Below, in pieces: positions 39,180-53,088 of a stretch of 64,000 bases of DNA. The notes below the pieces were generated by a model. That model was not told where the DNA came from. It saw nothing but the letters and a program-made list of their open reading frames with translations, and did not search any database. The DNA is from Lama glama (lineage: Eukaryota): contig CM052817.1 of NCBI GenBank assembly GCA_028534125.1, positions 68,698,001 through 68,762,000 of the forward strand. Direction: 5' to 3'. The translations under genes and the position numbers were made by a program. Position 1 is the stretch's first letter; the number at the start of each line of letters is the position of its first letter.

Positions 39180-40110
39180 AAGACCTCATTAGATCAGATT
39201 TAGAGAATATTCAACCTTAGAGATCATCTGTCCAAATTGCCTTATTTTACAGATGAGGATATTAAGGTCTTGTGATGTTAAATGGCTTGGCCAAAGCCAC
39301 AGAGCTGATTATTGGCAGACCTGGGCCTGTAACAGAGATCCCCTGACTGCCAGGCCCATGTCCTTCTCACTAAATTGGGGCTTCTCAGTTTAACGTCACT
39401 AAGCCAGTGAATTTTCTTCCCAGATTGTTTTCTAAATTAAGAAGGAAGTTCTTATAATTATAAATCAAGGCTGTGTAAATTTGATTTTACTCTTACTTTT
39501 TTGTGATGCCTATCAAGATAGTTCCAAAGAAAGCTATAAGTAATATGTCTCAATTTTAGAGTAAGTCAGATACTAACAACAAAGTCATACTGACCATAAG
39601 TTAACATTTATTATGCACCTGTCATGTACCAATGTCTGAGTTAATTTACTATTATGTTAACATGACATTAATCCCCAAAGTAACCAAGTAAAGTAGACAC
39701 TATTATCTTTCCCAATTTACCAATGAAAAGATTGAAGTTAGAGGAGTTAACTTGCCCAAGGTTACAAAACAAATAGCTAAGTAGGAACTTAAACAGGTAT
39801 AATTTACTCCAGAAACCATGTTCTTAATCTCTATAATAAGTTGCTCATATCTAGTAATTCATTTAAATAGGTACTCATAACAATCTGGGTAGTGATGATG
39901 ACAATAAAAACAATAATAGTAATGGCAGTTTTCTTCAAACCTACTGTGAATCTGTTCTAAGTCAGGCACAATGCCAAGCACATTGCATTTATTAAATATA
40001 ACCCTCAGAACTCTTTACCATAGGTAAATTATCCCCATTTTACAAGTAAGGAACTGTAGCCAAGAAAGTCTTAGTAACGTTTATAGTCATATACCTAGAA
40101 TTGTAACAGG
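39180..40110. mobile_element. Cluster of MIR relics (other MIRs at about 3800-4000, 4960-5200, 16255-16400, 21100-21420, 26220-26390, 51180-51330 and 51740-51870)
   Basis: MIR core attttacagatgagga...ttgcccaaggt(c/t)aca. Confidence 0.7.
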
Positions 40111-43100
40111 CTTATTTTTCAACTAAATTATATTGAATGGCTAAGTTCGCGATCTTTGTTCAGTATGTTCAGGCCCTTCGTTGGCCTTTCTGAACCTTTT
40201 ATGTGCATACCTACCTATAACATCAACAGTCGAATTGTTAATTCAAAATCCAAAATACATGCTTGAAGCCTGATTGTTTGCAGCAATAATATGCACATGA
40301 TACCATGATTGTGCGAAGAGTTTAGTCAGTTCCTGGATTCAATTCCTAGTGCAGTCTGGCTGCATGCTAGCACTTTCTTTAAGGTGACTTTATTATAGAT
40401 GCTCTGATTCATATTTGGGGATTTTTAAAAGAATATTCAAATGATAGATGACATTCAGATTTATTTCCCAGTTTTGGAGAGATGACTTGTATCTCCACCT
40501 TTTTGCTGTAAATTAACGAAGGCCTAACATAAATAAAGAAAAAGAGATAGTTTGAGGAAATGTTTCATTGTCCCAGCTGGCAGCTTATAACCCCTCTATA
40601 AAATACCTTAGAGCACAAATTGGGAGATATTTAAGGAGACAGCAGAGAAGCACAGGAAAGAAGATGTCACTTCTCCAGCAGTTGACCTTGAAGGATTCCT
40701 TCAGTGAAAGGCATCAGTGCCCCCAGAAAGGGGGAAAGGAAAAAGGAGAAGGCAGATGTTCTCTTCCCTATTTCACATGAGCCAGGAAGAAAAAGAAATC
40801 CAGGGTGTGTCTGGAAACAGAGGGCCTTAACAGTTAGCTCTTGCTCCTTCCTAACAGCTGCTGGTCCTGTTGAATATTCAGACATTCTGCAGCTGCTCCC
40901 AATCCGTGAGCACATCCAGATGGCTGCCACCAGTATCTGAGGCACCTTCAGGAAGAAGGTCATAAACAGCCAGCCTGTGCTTAGGCAATCTTCACCCAGA
41001 GATCAAGGTGTAAGCCCAGAGTAGTACTGTGGTGCCTCTCGGGTTGTGGCCTCTCTGAGGATTACTAAATCTTGGCTGCTGAGTTCTCCTGGGAGAGAGA
41101 AGTTATTTATTCTCGAAAAAAATATCTGGATCCGAGTTTTGCCCTAGCCCATCTCCTCTCTGTGTTCAACTTCTGAATTGGACACTGACTTAAGGAAGGC
41201 AGCTGTAAAAGAAGAAGGCTGCACGCCAAATACCATTTAAAAGGATCAGAGACACGTTTGAATCAAATTTACTTGTATAAAAAAACAGTGGGTTACAATA
41301 TTGTTCTATATCCTAAAACTGGAAAAATCTATTTTCAAAATGTATGTCTTTTAAAATAATCCTCTTTGGCTGAGCATAGGACCAGCAGAAAGAAAAGTCT
41401 GGAGACATATGGAGAGAGTCAGGTTAGTTTTTGAGAAATATTTATGCATTTACTGAATTACATCCATCCGTAGCTTAAGCTAAATGTCTATTTAATAGCA
41501 GCTTTAAATGGGTTTTTTAAACGTTTTAAAAATTACACTGACAGCATGGTTGTAGGTCTCTTCCCCCCACTTGATTTCTATGAGAAATATTGTTTGAAAT
41601 TCAGGCTTTAATAGATTGGGGGAGGTTTATGGTCTCTTAGATTCCACATTGTTTCTTAATTGCAATCATCTTCTCTTCTTTGCTTTTGTACAGCATGTCC
41701 TTGATTTTTCAGGAGTTGGATGATGAGGATTTTTTTTATACTCTTGTCACCCTAATTTTTTCCACTAGTTTCTTGTGATTACACATATGGCTTTTTTTTT
41801 TCATTTTTAGAAATATGCACAGTTACTGGAAAACAAAATGTGTCTGTCATTTAGGACAATCTTATGGCTTTACTAAAGGAAAATATTTTTCTTTAAAGCA
41901 GAATGTACTATCTTTCTAAGTATAATAGATTCTACATCAACATAACCAGAGGTTGGATCAAAAGAAGAGTAACATTTATACAAATTCATTTTGGATGAAA
42001 AATATCTGCTCTGTTCTTCATGTAACTTACCCGTGGAGCTTCTAGTAGAGATAAGTTCTCTTAGATCAGTGACGTAATGAGATGACTGAGTAATACTAGT
42101 GAAGTCCAGCAGTTAAATTTGGGTTGCCCCAGACTGGAGAATCAAGAAATTGAATAGATCAGAGCAGCTTAATCAGCGGCTTCCAGGAACTTTTGGTCCT
42201 ACTTGGGCCTTATTCGTGTATGTATGTGTACTGAGTGCAGCTGCTATTCCCTCCATGTCCTAGCTGCTTTCATACTCAGGACCTTTCCCCTCTGCCCAGC
42301 TCCTCTCCAAGACTGATAAAATAAGCTTCCAACTTAGTGACTTAAAATAAATGAACAAACAAACAGGGATGAACTATGGGGCAAAGGTGAGCATGTGATA
42401 TTTTTGCTCACTCTAAGTTCCCTGCAATCTTCTCATGGCTGGGATAGAGCAGTTTGTGAACCCACAGATAATGAGGCAAGCAGAGCTTCTGAAATTCCTG
42501 ATTTCTTTCCTATAAGTAAAATATAAATCTCCCCTGAATGTTTACCATGGTGTAAGTCTCAGCGGTGCCTCCTTTCCCCCTAGTCATACATAATACTATT
42601 TTGGCAGTTAATGCATTGTCTTATACTTACTTATCTATTTGTCTCTTCTAGACTGTGAGCTTTTGGAGAGCAGGGCTCATATATTATTCACCAGTCATTG
42701 GTCTCTGTGCAGGATTCTGTTCAATGACTGAATCAGTGTGTAAATCCCCATTTGTTGGTGAACTATAAGAGATTATCCCTTGATGTTGAATGGATGAAAG
42801 TCAGGATTTTAGTTCAGTTGTTCTAAAGCTCGACTGTTTTAGAGAAATATATGGGAATTTTGTGCAAATACAAATATGCAAGCTCCACTCATAAGATTCT
42901 GTTTCAGCAGGGCCTGTATGAAATTGCATTTTTAACAAGCAGCTCAGTTGATTCTGATGTAGATAGTCTCAGGCCACATTTACAAACTTAATCAGATTCA
43001 CAGTTCCTAGGGGTTTGAGACTTAGTTAACCTCTGAAGTTCAGTATCTCTCTCTCTCTCTCTCTCGCTCTTTTTTTTTTTTTCTATGTCCCAGTTGTAAA

Positions 43101-43279
43101 ATGACTGACTGAATTTCTTAAAGGAAATTGTAAAAATTACTCCTGATGGGAAAATCAAGTAATTTTTGCCAGTTATTTCTGTGTGAGTGCTTTTTTTAAA
43201 TGGATTGTTTCAAACGTTCTTTAAACCAGTCTTTGAACCAGTTTTCCATAGTTCTTTCCAATTAAGACAATATCCTTCA

Positions 43280-43747
<468 letters not shown>

Positions 43748-44976
43748 TCAGGCTTCTACACTCACCGACAATGTAAGTCTTCTTACCTGGCCTTGAGCAC
43801 TCCAGGTATGGCCTTTGATATGCTTCCCCCTCATTCTTGGTGCCTAAAGCATGGAGAAACACACCACTCAAGTGGGGATCCCCCAGTGAAAGAGGGAAAA
43901 TGGAAATAATATTAGTTTGCAGTGAAAGGAGAGAGAAATTAAATGCAGATAAGAAAAGGGAGGAGGAAGCAATCATTGCAGGAAAATGAGAAAAAAAATC
44001 ACATGAAGATAATGTAAACCATATTTAGGAGGAATATGTCAGCTCATCAATGTGATAGGTGAGTTGGTTTAGGAATGGGTGCTGCTGTTCCTCAGTTCAG
44101 GAACAAAGGTAGCAGCAGTATTTGAAAATTATGCATTCCCGGAGGAGAAGCAGGAACAGTACAGTGGAAAAAACAGTCCCTTTTGTATTTTAAACAACCC
44201 CCAGCCTCCACACCCCTTGAATACACCAGTGGCATCTGCAAAAATCATCTTTCCTGACTTCCTGAATGCTTCTCTCCTGTGAAAGATGAATAATATTAAA
44301 GGAAGACTTCTGTTTCTGTTTACTAATTTTTTTTAACAATAAGGCAACATTCTGATGAAAATGAGAACTACTTGCAATTTCTGTTATGAAATAACATGGT
44401 TCACCATAGTAAAACATTGACTCTTTAATGAAGAAAAGTGAAGCCCAGTTATATTGTGCAGTTCAGTTAGGAGGGAGGAGAACCTTGGGAGACTCTATTC
44501 CCTTTACAACACCCCTGCAATGTAGTTAATTTTTTGTACAGAAATAAGCCCTTTATAGCATTTTAAGGTTGTCAGTAATTTTCGTTAGATCAATAAGGCA
44601 GAGCTACTGGCCAATTGCCAAATGTACTCAATCTGCTGTTTCAAAAATAAAGACATTTAATAGTCATATATATTATTTTTTGCTTATAACTTATACTTTT
44701 ACTGTAAAGGTTTATGTACCTCTGGACTTTCTTGTCCTCTAAGGCCCTAATTACAATCTTTCCAGACCCTAATATGAATATCTTGAATGAACCTCACACC
44801 CTCATTTAAAAGATTTTCATTTTAGGGGTCCCTGAAGGTGACCCCGGATCTCCCAGCTCATTTGCTGTATCAGCTGCACCATAGTCACTCAGATTCCTTT
44901 TTACTCCTGAATTAAACAATGATTTTTTTTTCAAGAATTAATTATAGAACCCCAACCGATTTGCTGTTTCACATAC

Positions 44977-45075
44977 CTTTTCCAGTCTTAAAAATGCTTT
45001 CTCTACAAACGCTTCCCTTGAGCTGATATAGTTGTTCTTTGATATGAACTTCAACCTTCTGACAGTGTCTTTGTA
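44977..45075 (-). other. GIMD1: Candidate non-coding first exon of GIMD1 (5' boundary approximate)
   Basis: The coding exon begins with an acceptor 2 nt before the ATG, so an upstream exon is needed. Consensus donor AAG|gtatgt at 44976, no upstream ATG in the segment, and an AT-rich TATA-like TAAATAAAA at about 45102-45110. Confidence 0.5.
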
Positions 45076-46668
45076 CCACTCTGAGACTGATACTGTATGT
45101 ATTTTATTTAGTTAATATATTACCAGAATCCTTTCTACAAATGGTTAGTTGTCTTCCTTTAATCAACGCTGACTTTTTTATGACAGACGTGTAATTTCAA
45201 TAATTACTTCCTGAAACTTCCTTTTTCAAATTAACTTCTTTGTTTTAGGGCGTTGCTAATAGGTACCAATTTATCTTATAGCCTAAAGAAATGCAAGATT
45301 GGCAAGTGTAAATAGAAATTAGACATTTGAAAATAATAGTCATAATTTTTCCATTGTAGCTGACATATTAGTACTTCCTGAAAAAGTTTCAACAAATAGA
45401 CATGTACATGCAATAAATATTGAGTTCATAACAGTATTTAGTTATAAATTCAAAAACTCTAAGAAAACTCTTGGCTATTTCCATGGAATTGACTTTTATT
45501 ATTTTGATGTGATAACTAGCATAATTATATCAGTACATTCAGTTTCCATATCAATTAATAATAGCGTCTTTCAGAAAAGGAGTACAGTTAACTGTAATTT
45601 AAGGCCAAATACGTTTTGTTTAACATTGGGGTTTTGTTTTGTTATTAAAAGCTTATATTTGATTTTTTCCTACTTCTTAGTATATAACCCATATATTCCA
45701 ATATACTTTCTGAGTGTGTAACATGTAGAAACCTTCATATGGTTACATTCTGGTTCATATTCTCCTGTACCTCTCAAAAAGTCTGTGAAGTATGTCTTTC
45801 TGTGTGAAGGAATCTCGGAGACATCTGGAATGCCTTATGACTTCATGGGCAGAAAGTTAAAAAATCTTCCTGTGTGGATATGAAAAGGAAAACACAAATG
45901 GGATTCATTCATCTGACAAACACATTTGGCTTTCTTGAATGAAGCAGAAAGAACCTCCCCCAGGTGGCAGTAGCAGCCTGTTTCCTAAGAAGTGATTTTG
46001 AACCAGAATTTATTTTCATTTTCTTCCTCAAACCATAAATTGACATTCTTCAACTAGGCAGTTCACATCAACACATATTAATTGTGTGGAAGATCTTTTG
46101 AATAAAGGCACAGCTAAGCCTTCTTTGTCCATTATAGAAAGTGACAAGTGTAGAAGGTCCTTAGTTTTCAAAGCATCCTCTTTGAAATCATAGTTTAAAT
46201 CATTTGCTGAATGCAACAGTTGATGGTTTAAAAAATAAGGTTCAGAGTTCACAGGTTTGGTGAAAATTTCCAGAGAGACTGTAGAATCTAAAAATAATTT
46301 TCAACAAGTTTAATGAAAGTTTTAGATCTGAGTTAATTTAGCAATCCTATAGAAGGGTAATGTATTGATATTAGATAATGTTTAATGATTGATATTCATT
46401 CTTTTTGAATCAGGGTGAAAAAACAACTTGAAATATACTTTCACTCCTTTGAGTAACTTGGCTAAACACAGTGTAGCAGGGATAACTTTAACAGCTGGCT
46501 TTAGAATTTTTCTGAGAAAGGAAACTGTCTTTGAGAAAATAGTTTGATTAGCTACTTGAGGTAGAAACGGGGATCCTGAGAGCATGAGCCAAGCTCATTA
46601 ACAATGATAGCCAAACTGCTGGGAATGAGGGAAGATCCAAGAAAGGAGTAGAAAAGAGCAGGATCTAT

Positions 46669-46788
46669 AGAGGATGAGGGAGGGAGGGAGGGAGGGAAGA
46701 AGGGAGAGAGGGATTGAGGGAAGGAGGGAGAGAGGGAGAGAGGGATAGAAAAGAGGGAAGAGGAGGAGGAAGAAGAGGAGGAGGAGAG
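46669..46788 (+). repeat. Polypurine GA-rich tract including (GGGA)5
   Basis: Directly visible. Confidence 0.9.
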
Positions 46789-47262
46789 TATAAGAACTAT
46801 AACATTAGAACATGAGAGGAAGCTGAATCTCCCCCATGTGGAAATGGCTAAGGGACCACATTAGAGCAGAGATAGCTAATGTTCAGATTTAATTTTTCAC
46901 ATTTCTGGGATGTAAAGCCAGCCATTTCACAATTACCTTGTATGAAGGTGGATTTTTATTTGTGCTTTGGTTTTGGTCATTGTTAACATTTTGCTTTATT
47001 TTATTTTGATGGTAATTAAAATTTGATGGGAAAGGCCTGAGGTCCACCCAAGGTTAGCAAAGGACAAGGACCACAAAAGTTGGAGATTATAAAATGACAT
47101 CTGAACTGAATCAGGAGAGGCAGGAGTTTGCAGCAAGAAGGACACTAGTCTCTAGGAGCTTTCACTACTCTTTGGGAGGACCTTGAACTTGCCACAATTT
47201 ATGACATGAGAAATTATGTGCTAAGAGTGACTCTAGCTGACATAGTAACAATTTTATTTTAA

Positions 47263-47265
<3 letters not shown>

Positions 47266-47306
<41 letters not shown>
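47266..47306 (+). repeat. (AC)20 microsatellite
   Basis: Directly visible. Confidence 0.98.
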
Positions 47307-47307
<1 letters not shown>

Positions 47308-47311
<4 letters not shown>

Positions 47312-47699
47312 AGTTTGCCAGGGCTGCCGTAACAGTGCCATAGGCTGAGTGGTTTAAACACCAGAATTTAATTCCCTCACTGTTCTGGAGGCTAGAAGTC
47401 TGAGATCAATGTGTCAATGGGGTTGGTTTCTTCAGAGGCCTCTCTCCTTGGCTTGTTAATGGCTGTCTTCTCCCCATGTCTTCACATGGTCTTTCTTTGC
47501 TATATCTGTATCCAAGTTTCCTCTTTTTATAAGGACATCAATCATGGTGGGTTAGGGCCCACCATAATGAACTCATTTTAACATAATTATCTAGTTAAAG
47601 GCCCTATCTCCAAATACAGTCACACTATAAGGTACTAGGTGTTAGGACTTTAATATTTGAAATTTGGTGTGTGGGGGGGTGCATAATTCAATCTGTAAT
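47308..47699 (-). mobile_element. MLT1 (MaLR) solo LTR
   Basis: ttagtttgccagggctgccgtaaca...ttctggaggctagaagtctgagatc...ataattcaatctgtaata. Confidence 0.88.
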
Positions 47700-50600
47700 A
47701 CACACATTAATATATATTATATATTTATAATAATTATATAAATTATATGTCTCTATACCCAGTAAAATTGTGTCTCTTTTCGCCATTAAATTGAGTCTTA
47801 GTATAAGTAGTACTTGACTTACGGCAGTTTGATTTGAAGTTACTCTCACAATTTTAGACAAATTCCAGTTTGCATTGACTTGAACTGTGATCCCCTTGGT
47901 TGTATGTTATGTCTTTTCATTGTAAAAAAGACCTTTAGAGTAATAACCTAGACTCTGTGTTTATGATGCCTAAATGACCTTAGCCTTGGCCCTTACTGCT
48001 CCAAGTCAAGGGGAACACTGATAAGCTGGCTAGTGTTGGTGGTGACTTGATTGACTCAATCTGAGCTGGTTTTAGAATAAGACATCAGGTCTTACTTTTC
48101 AAAACATTTTAGAGAACATTGGTCAGCAGTTTAAATTTCCAGAACAGATGGTCCTAATTTGAATATAGTTTGAGGGTTCTTGGAGCAATGAAAAATGCCC
48201 ATATCTGGACAGAAATATTGATGGGAATAGGAGAAGGTTTTAGTCTAAACTGGGTGGTTTCATATTTTAAAGACTCTGCCAGTCTCATCCCCACACAGGA
48301 AAGTTTATGATATTTTGCTTATTGTTTGATGTTATCACTATAGTTTTTTGTTTGTTTGCTTTTTGTTTTTCTTCTGAGTATTTCTGGTTAATTTTTTAGG
48401 ATTATAAATAAAATATGTATATTTCAAAGCATTTATGAATTTGTAAAAGAACAAAGAGGAAAATAGGATTATTTAAAAATTTTTATTTCCTGGGCCTCAT
48501 GGGACAGTGGCTTCTCTTGGGGAATGACACAGTAAATACATTTCTTTTTCCAAACTACCCATGTCCTCCTGTTAACTCCCCGTTTTTAAGAACCACTACT
48601 GTAATGAGAGGCATTAATAATGGGATTATGTTTAGCATGTGAACTTTGTGGAGGCAAAAGTAATTGGCAGTTACTTAATCAGGATATGATTTTTTTTTGC
48701 TATGTTACTGCATTCAATTTTATAAGATTTATTTATAATTTTAGCAACTTTGTTAACAGTGAGATTGGTTTGAGAGCTTTCTATTTTTATCCTATATTCT
48801 TCAGGTTTTCAGTTTAGGAATATGCTAACCTCTTAAAATGACTTAGGAAAATTTCTTTATTTTATGGTACTCTGCAATAATTCAGATACCTTGGCAATTA
48901 CACATCCCTTGAAGGTTTGAAGAAATTTTCACAAAAGTAGCTAGGCCCAGCAACTTTCTGGAGGTCATTCCATAACAACTTAAAAAATTGCTGCAGTGGT
49001 AATTTGACTCTTCTTAGGTCAATTTTGGTGATTTATTGTATAATAAACACATATTTGACCCAAATTTTCAAGTTTTTAATGTGTCATTATCTCCATTTCT
49101 AGCATTAGATCCCTTTTCTTGTTCTGAGATGGGTTTTTTAATTGGGATTGGCTTTATATACTTCATAAATGTTTGCTCATGTATGCATATATGTATGCAT
49201 GTATGTGTATGCATTTAATTTTTGTGCTTTTGTAGTTTTAAGTGGATTTCCATGAACATATATGAAATTTATAATCTAAGGCCTCTATGATGTAATGAAT
49301 GATTTGCTCAAAATAACTAAACTTTTGGTCACCATATCTGGGCCAATTAGGTTGAAAATTGAGAATCACAGATACACTCATGTTACCATTTTCATTTTAC
49401 AAATATCATTATAAATATCAAATGTCATTATTGAAGAAATGAATACAACCTTGAAAGCAAGAGAAAAACCAGTAGAGCTTGAATTCAAATGATCTCAAAG
49501 CTCCCAGACCTTATTCTTGAAAAACTTATGCTCAATTCTGTTACCATAATTAGATCTTCTTTGCTGAAAGATCTTTCTTATTCAATCTTGAGACAATAAG
49601 ATAACATAGTATAATGCAGAATGTCAATGAAAATATATTCATATAAAAATTAACTTATATGTGAAAAATTTTATGTGCTTTATTCTTCCTACCCAGGAAA
49701 TAACATGCACTCAACCTACATAGATAAATATATTTTATTAGCCAAATGCACAGAAGCAGAGTATCTTATAATGATTAATAAAGCTATTAACCTCTTAGCC
49801 CTTGAGACAAGACATTAGGCTGGCTTCAACTTCTTAGAGACTCTAATTATGCCATGTACATTATTCAGTTTCAAAGATTTATGTTATAAAGTCTTCTAGT
49901 AATGCCCCTGGAAACACTAGAAACTTACCTTATCATGATACAAAGCATCAAGAATGCCACAGATAGTAGTTACAAATAAAGTCATGGCCATGGATGTCAG
50001 ATGCCACACCTGATTTTTCCCTAGACTTGATGCCACAAAATCTTCCATTTTATGGGAAATATATATACATATATATATATATATATTATATATATATATA
50101 TTTTACAAAATAATTGGGAATCTCAAGTCAAGAAAATAGAAGCTTCAAATAATTACTATAACTTTTCTAATATATTTATAATCTTCCTAAGATACCTAAT
50201 TTTTCCTTTCTAAGAAAAAGTAAACTTTTTTTCTTCCTAGCAATAGCTGTGGTATGGAGCTAACTTCCCAAATACTCTCACTAGAATTTGCTGATACCAA
50301 AATATCTGAAACACTGGGACAAATGAAAGATACTATTAATTACTGTAGAAAGTCAGAAAATCCTCTAACTCCGTTAGTATCTTTCCATCCCATATTGAAG
50401 TCAGGTACGGTGTGGGTGTGAGTGTGATGTGCTTGCCCAACGATGTGTAATTATCAGCTGAGCTATGCAAAAGACATCATTTATGACATTTTTGTTAGGC
50501 TTCTATCAAAGAGTGTCAGCTACATGAGTGGTATAGTTATTAGTATTAAATTCAGGCCTTGAGTGTGTCATGGAATAAAATACCGGGTGGCAAAGCTTTT

Positions 50601-50937
50601 ACTATATGATAGTCCTTCATTTAACTTTAAAAGATAAAACAACAGCAGTGCATTAAATGTACTTTTGTGACCTAAAACAGAAAATTAGGATCTCCAAATT
50701 CCTGACAATACTGAGGAGTGACTGAGACACTGATAAAGGAATCAAATGAGTGTCATCCTTTGTAGATTTCTACACAGAACAGGTTACCTAAGGACACAGC
50801 GTAGAAAGATAGTAGTGATGCAGAAAAGGCAATGTTCCTTTCATGTTTGAGGTTATTTGTTTATGCACTCCTGTACACGAGTTCTGCATATGTAATGGAA
50901 AGCTAAGGCTTAGGTAGCAAATGTGCCAGGTACTTAC

Positions 50938-51178
50938 TTTTTTTTTTTAATTGAAGTATAGTCAGTTTACAATGTTGCATCACTTTCTGGTATAGTGTTT
51001 CAGTCATACAAATACATACATATATTCCTTTTCATATTCTTTTTCATTATAGGTTACTACAAGATACTGAATGTAATTCTCTCAGTAGAAACTTGTTGTT
51101 TATCTATTTTATATATAGTAGTATCTGAAAATCTCGAACTCCCAATTTGTCCCTTCCCACCCCCTTTCCCCTCTGGTT
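50938..51178 (-). mobile_element. 5'-truncated L1 3' end
   Basis: Poly-T then aattgaagtatagtcagtttacaatgttg; same family as 3536-3744. Confidence 0.85.
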
Positions 51179-52981
51179 AGACACTTTAACATATGAACTC
51201 ACACAACCCTCCCTCTGAAGTGCTTAGTATTATTAACCCCATTTTAAAGGACATTCAGGCACAGAGAGGTTAGGTAACTTGCCCATTATCATATAGTTTG
51301 AAAGAGGCAGAACTGGGGTTATAATCTTTTTTTCTCACAGTGTAATTGTTGATACCCATCTTCTCAACTAGTTGCTATTTTCATTTCAGCTGCAGCACTT
51401 GGCCAGAACAATAGGGTTGCATGCCAGAGTGTAGAGAAGGGGGAAAAGTGCACTGGATGAAGTCAATGGAACATGGGGATATGTATAAACTGGTACTTTA
51501 TTTTTATGCTGCTTCTCCCCAAAATGTTCTGGGAAAATATTAAAACATAAAATCAAGAAATGATGGATTTTCTAAGGAAAAAGTTAAAGGTGTCCAAAGT
51601 TAGTTAAAATTTGGCTAATGCACTTTGCATCTGTTTTGGGCCCAATCTTACTGATCCAGACCATTTTCATCATGAAGACTCCCCCCAAAACCCCAACCTG
51701 TAACTGCGACGATAGTAATAATAATGATAACAGCTGTGCTGGTAAGCACAATTATTGTCACTTTCCTGATAAGGAAGCTGAGGCTCAGGAGAAGAATCTT
51801 CCCAAGGTCATACAGCTTAGAAGTAGCAGAAGGGGAACTCCAACCAGGGTTTACCAGAGTCCAGAGACCATATGCTTGGAAAGCTGACATTCATTATTCC
51901 ATGAAATGGATATAAATGTAAAAGGAAAATGTTAAGTGCTGTACTTGAGTCTTTTGCTTATTTTCACTTAATACTGGTCATACTCTATAATTATCATAAA
52001 TAACCACATGGTTAAAATCTTATACTGACCTGGTATTGTACCTCTGTGATCGTGGCCCTGCACAGTACATCACATCCTGCTTGTCAGCCAGGTGTCTGCA
52101 CAGAAATTAGCAAGCGTGATTTAAAAGTCAGAGGCAGAGCAGGCAAGAGAGTGGGTGGTAAGTTTTAAGAATGGTTTTCAGGTGCTCACCACATGAGCTA
52201 AGTGCGAAAAAGACAAACGCTAAGGTCGATGTGTTGTGTGGTCTATGAGAGATGACGTCAGTAATGTAACACTGTAGTAGTAAATTTTGAAAAGGGACAT
52301 ATGATATTTACACAATTCCTGAAAGGTGAAATTAAATAGGCTTGGATAAGAGCCACTATCTGTGCCAAGCATGATTATATGAAATTGAAGTCATTGCTTT
52401 ACAGTATTGCTATAAAATTGCTGTGCTAAAAAACAAACTGTAGGCCCACAGTATTTGGAGACATTTATCTGAAACATACTGTTGTAAGCTTAGATGTGGT
52501 GGAAGAGTTGCGTTTGGCCTTCTGGCCGGCTTGGGAAGGTATACAAGATATTACAAATAGAATAAAGATCATGTTTACATAGTCCAATATAAGCTTAATT
52601 TGGCAAAAGAAATGGCAAGAAATAGATTGCATACATAAGTGGCAAAAAAGCTTTATGGCCCAAGGTGGTCCTTTGAGTGATACTAATTTTATTTTCAGTC
52701 TTGTTGTATAATACTTGTTTTTAATGGCTACGGCAGATATTCCTTAAAGAACCTTCTGAATTCTGTCGTGTGCTAATTTACATTATAATCAAAGGGCAAA
52801 AAATAACATTGAGAAGATGTTATACAAAATAAATGCATAGATGGTTTCACAACCCAGTGTGACAATAAGGTCTCATGAATGGCATTTACAACGCATAATG
52901 TGAAATAATATATTTTCTCCTATGGCTTGTTTCTCATGTGCATTAAAGGTCAGTGAAATAAATGTCACTAATTTAAAAATG

Positions 52982-53088
52982 TTTTATTAAATTATTAAAT
53001 TTTTATTAAATTTATTATTAAATTTTTTATTAAATTTATTAAATTTTTAATAAAAATTTTAAAATTATTTTTAAAATTATTTTTAAAA
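52982..53088. repeat. 107-bp pure A/T low-complexity repeat (TTATTAAAT-like units)
   Basis: No G or C between 52982 and 53088. Confidence 0.92.

Noticed and set aside
40568..40963. Three overlapping 70-98 aa ORFs in the GIMD1 intron
   Set aside because: No recognisable homology or convincing exon structure, and GIMD1 is complete without them.
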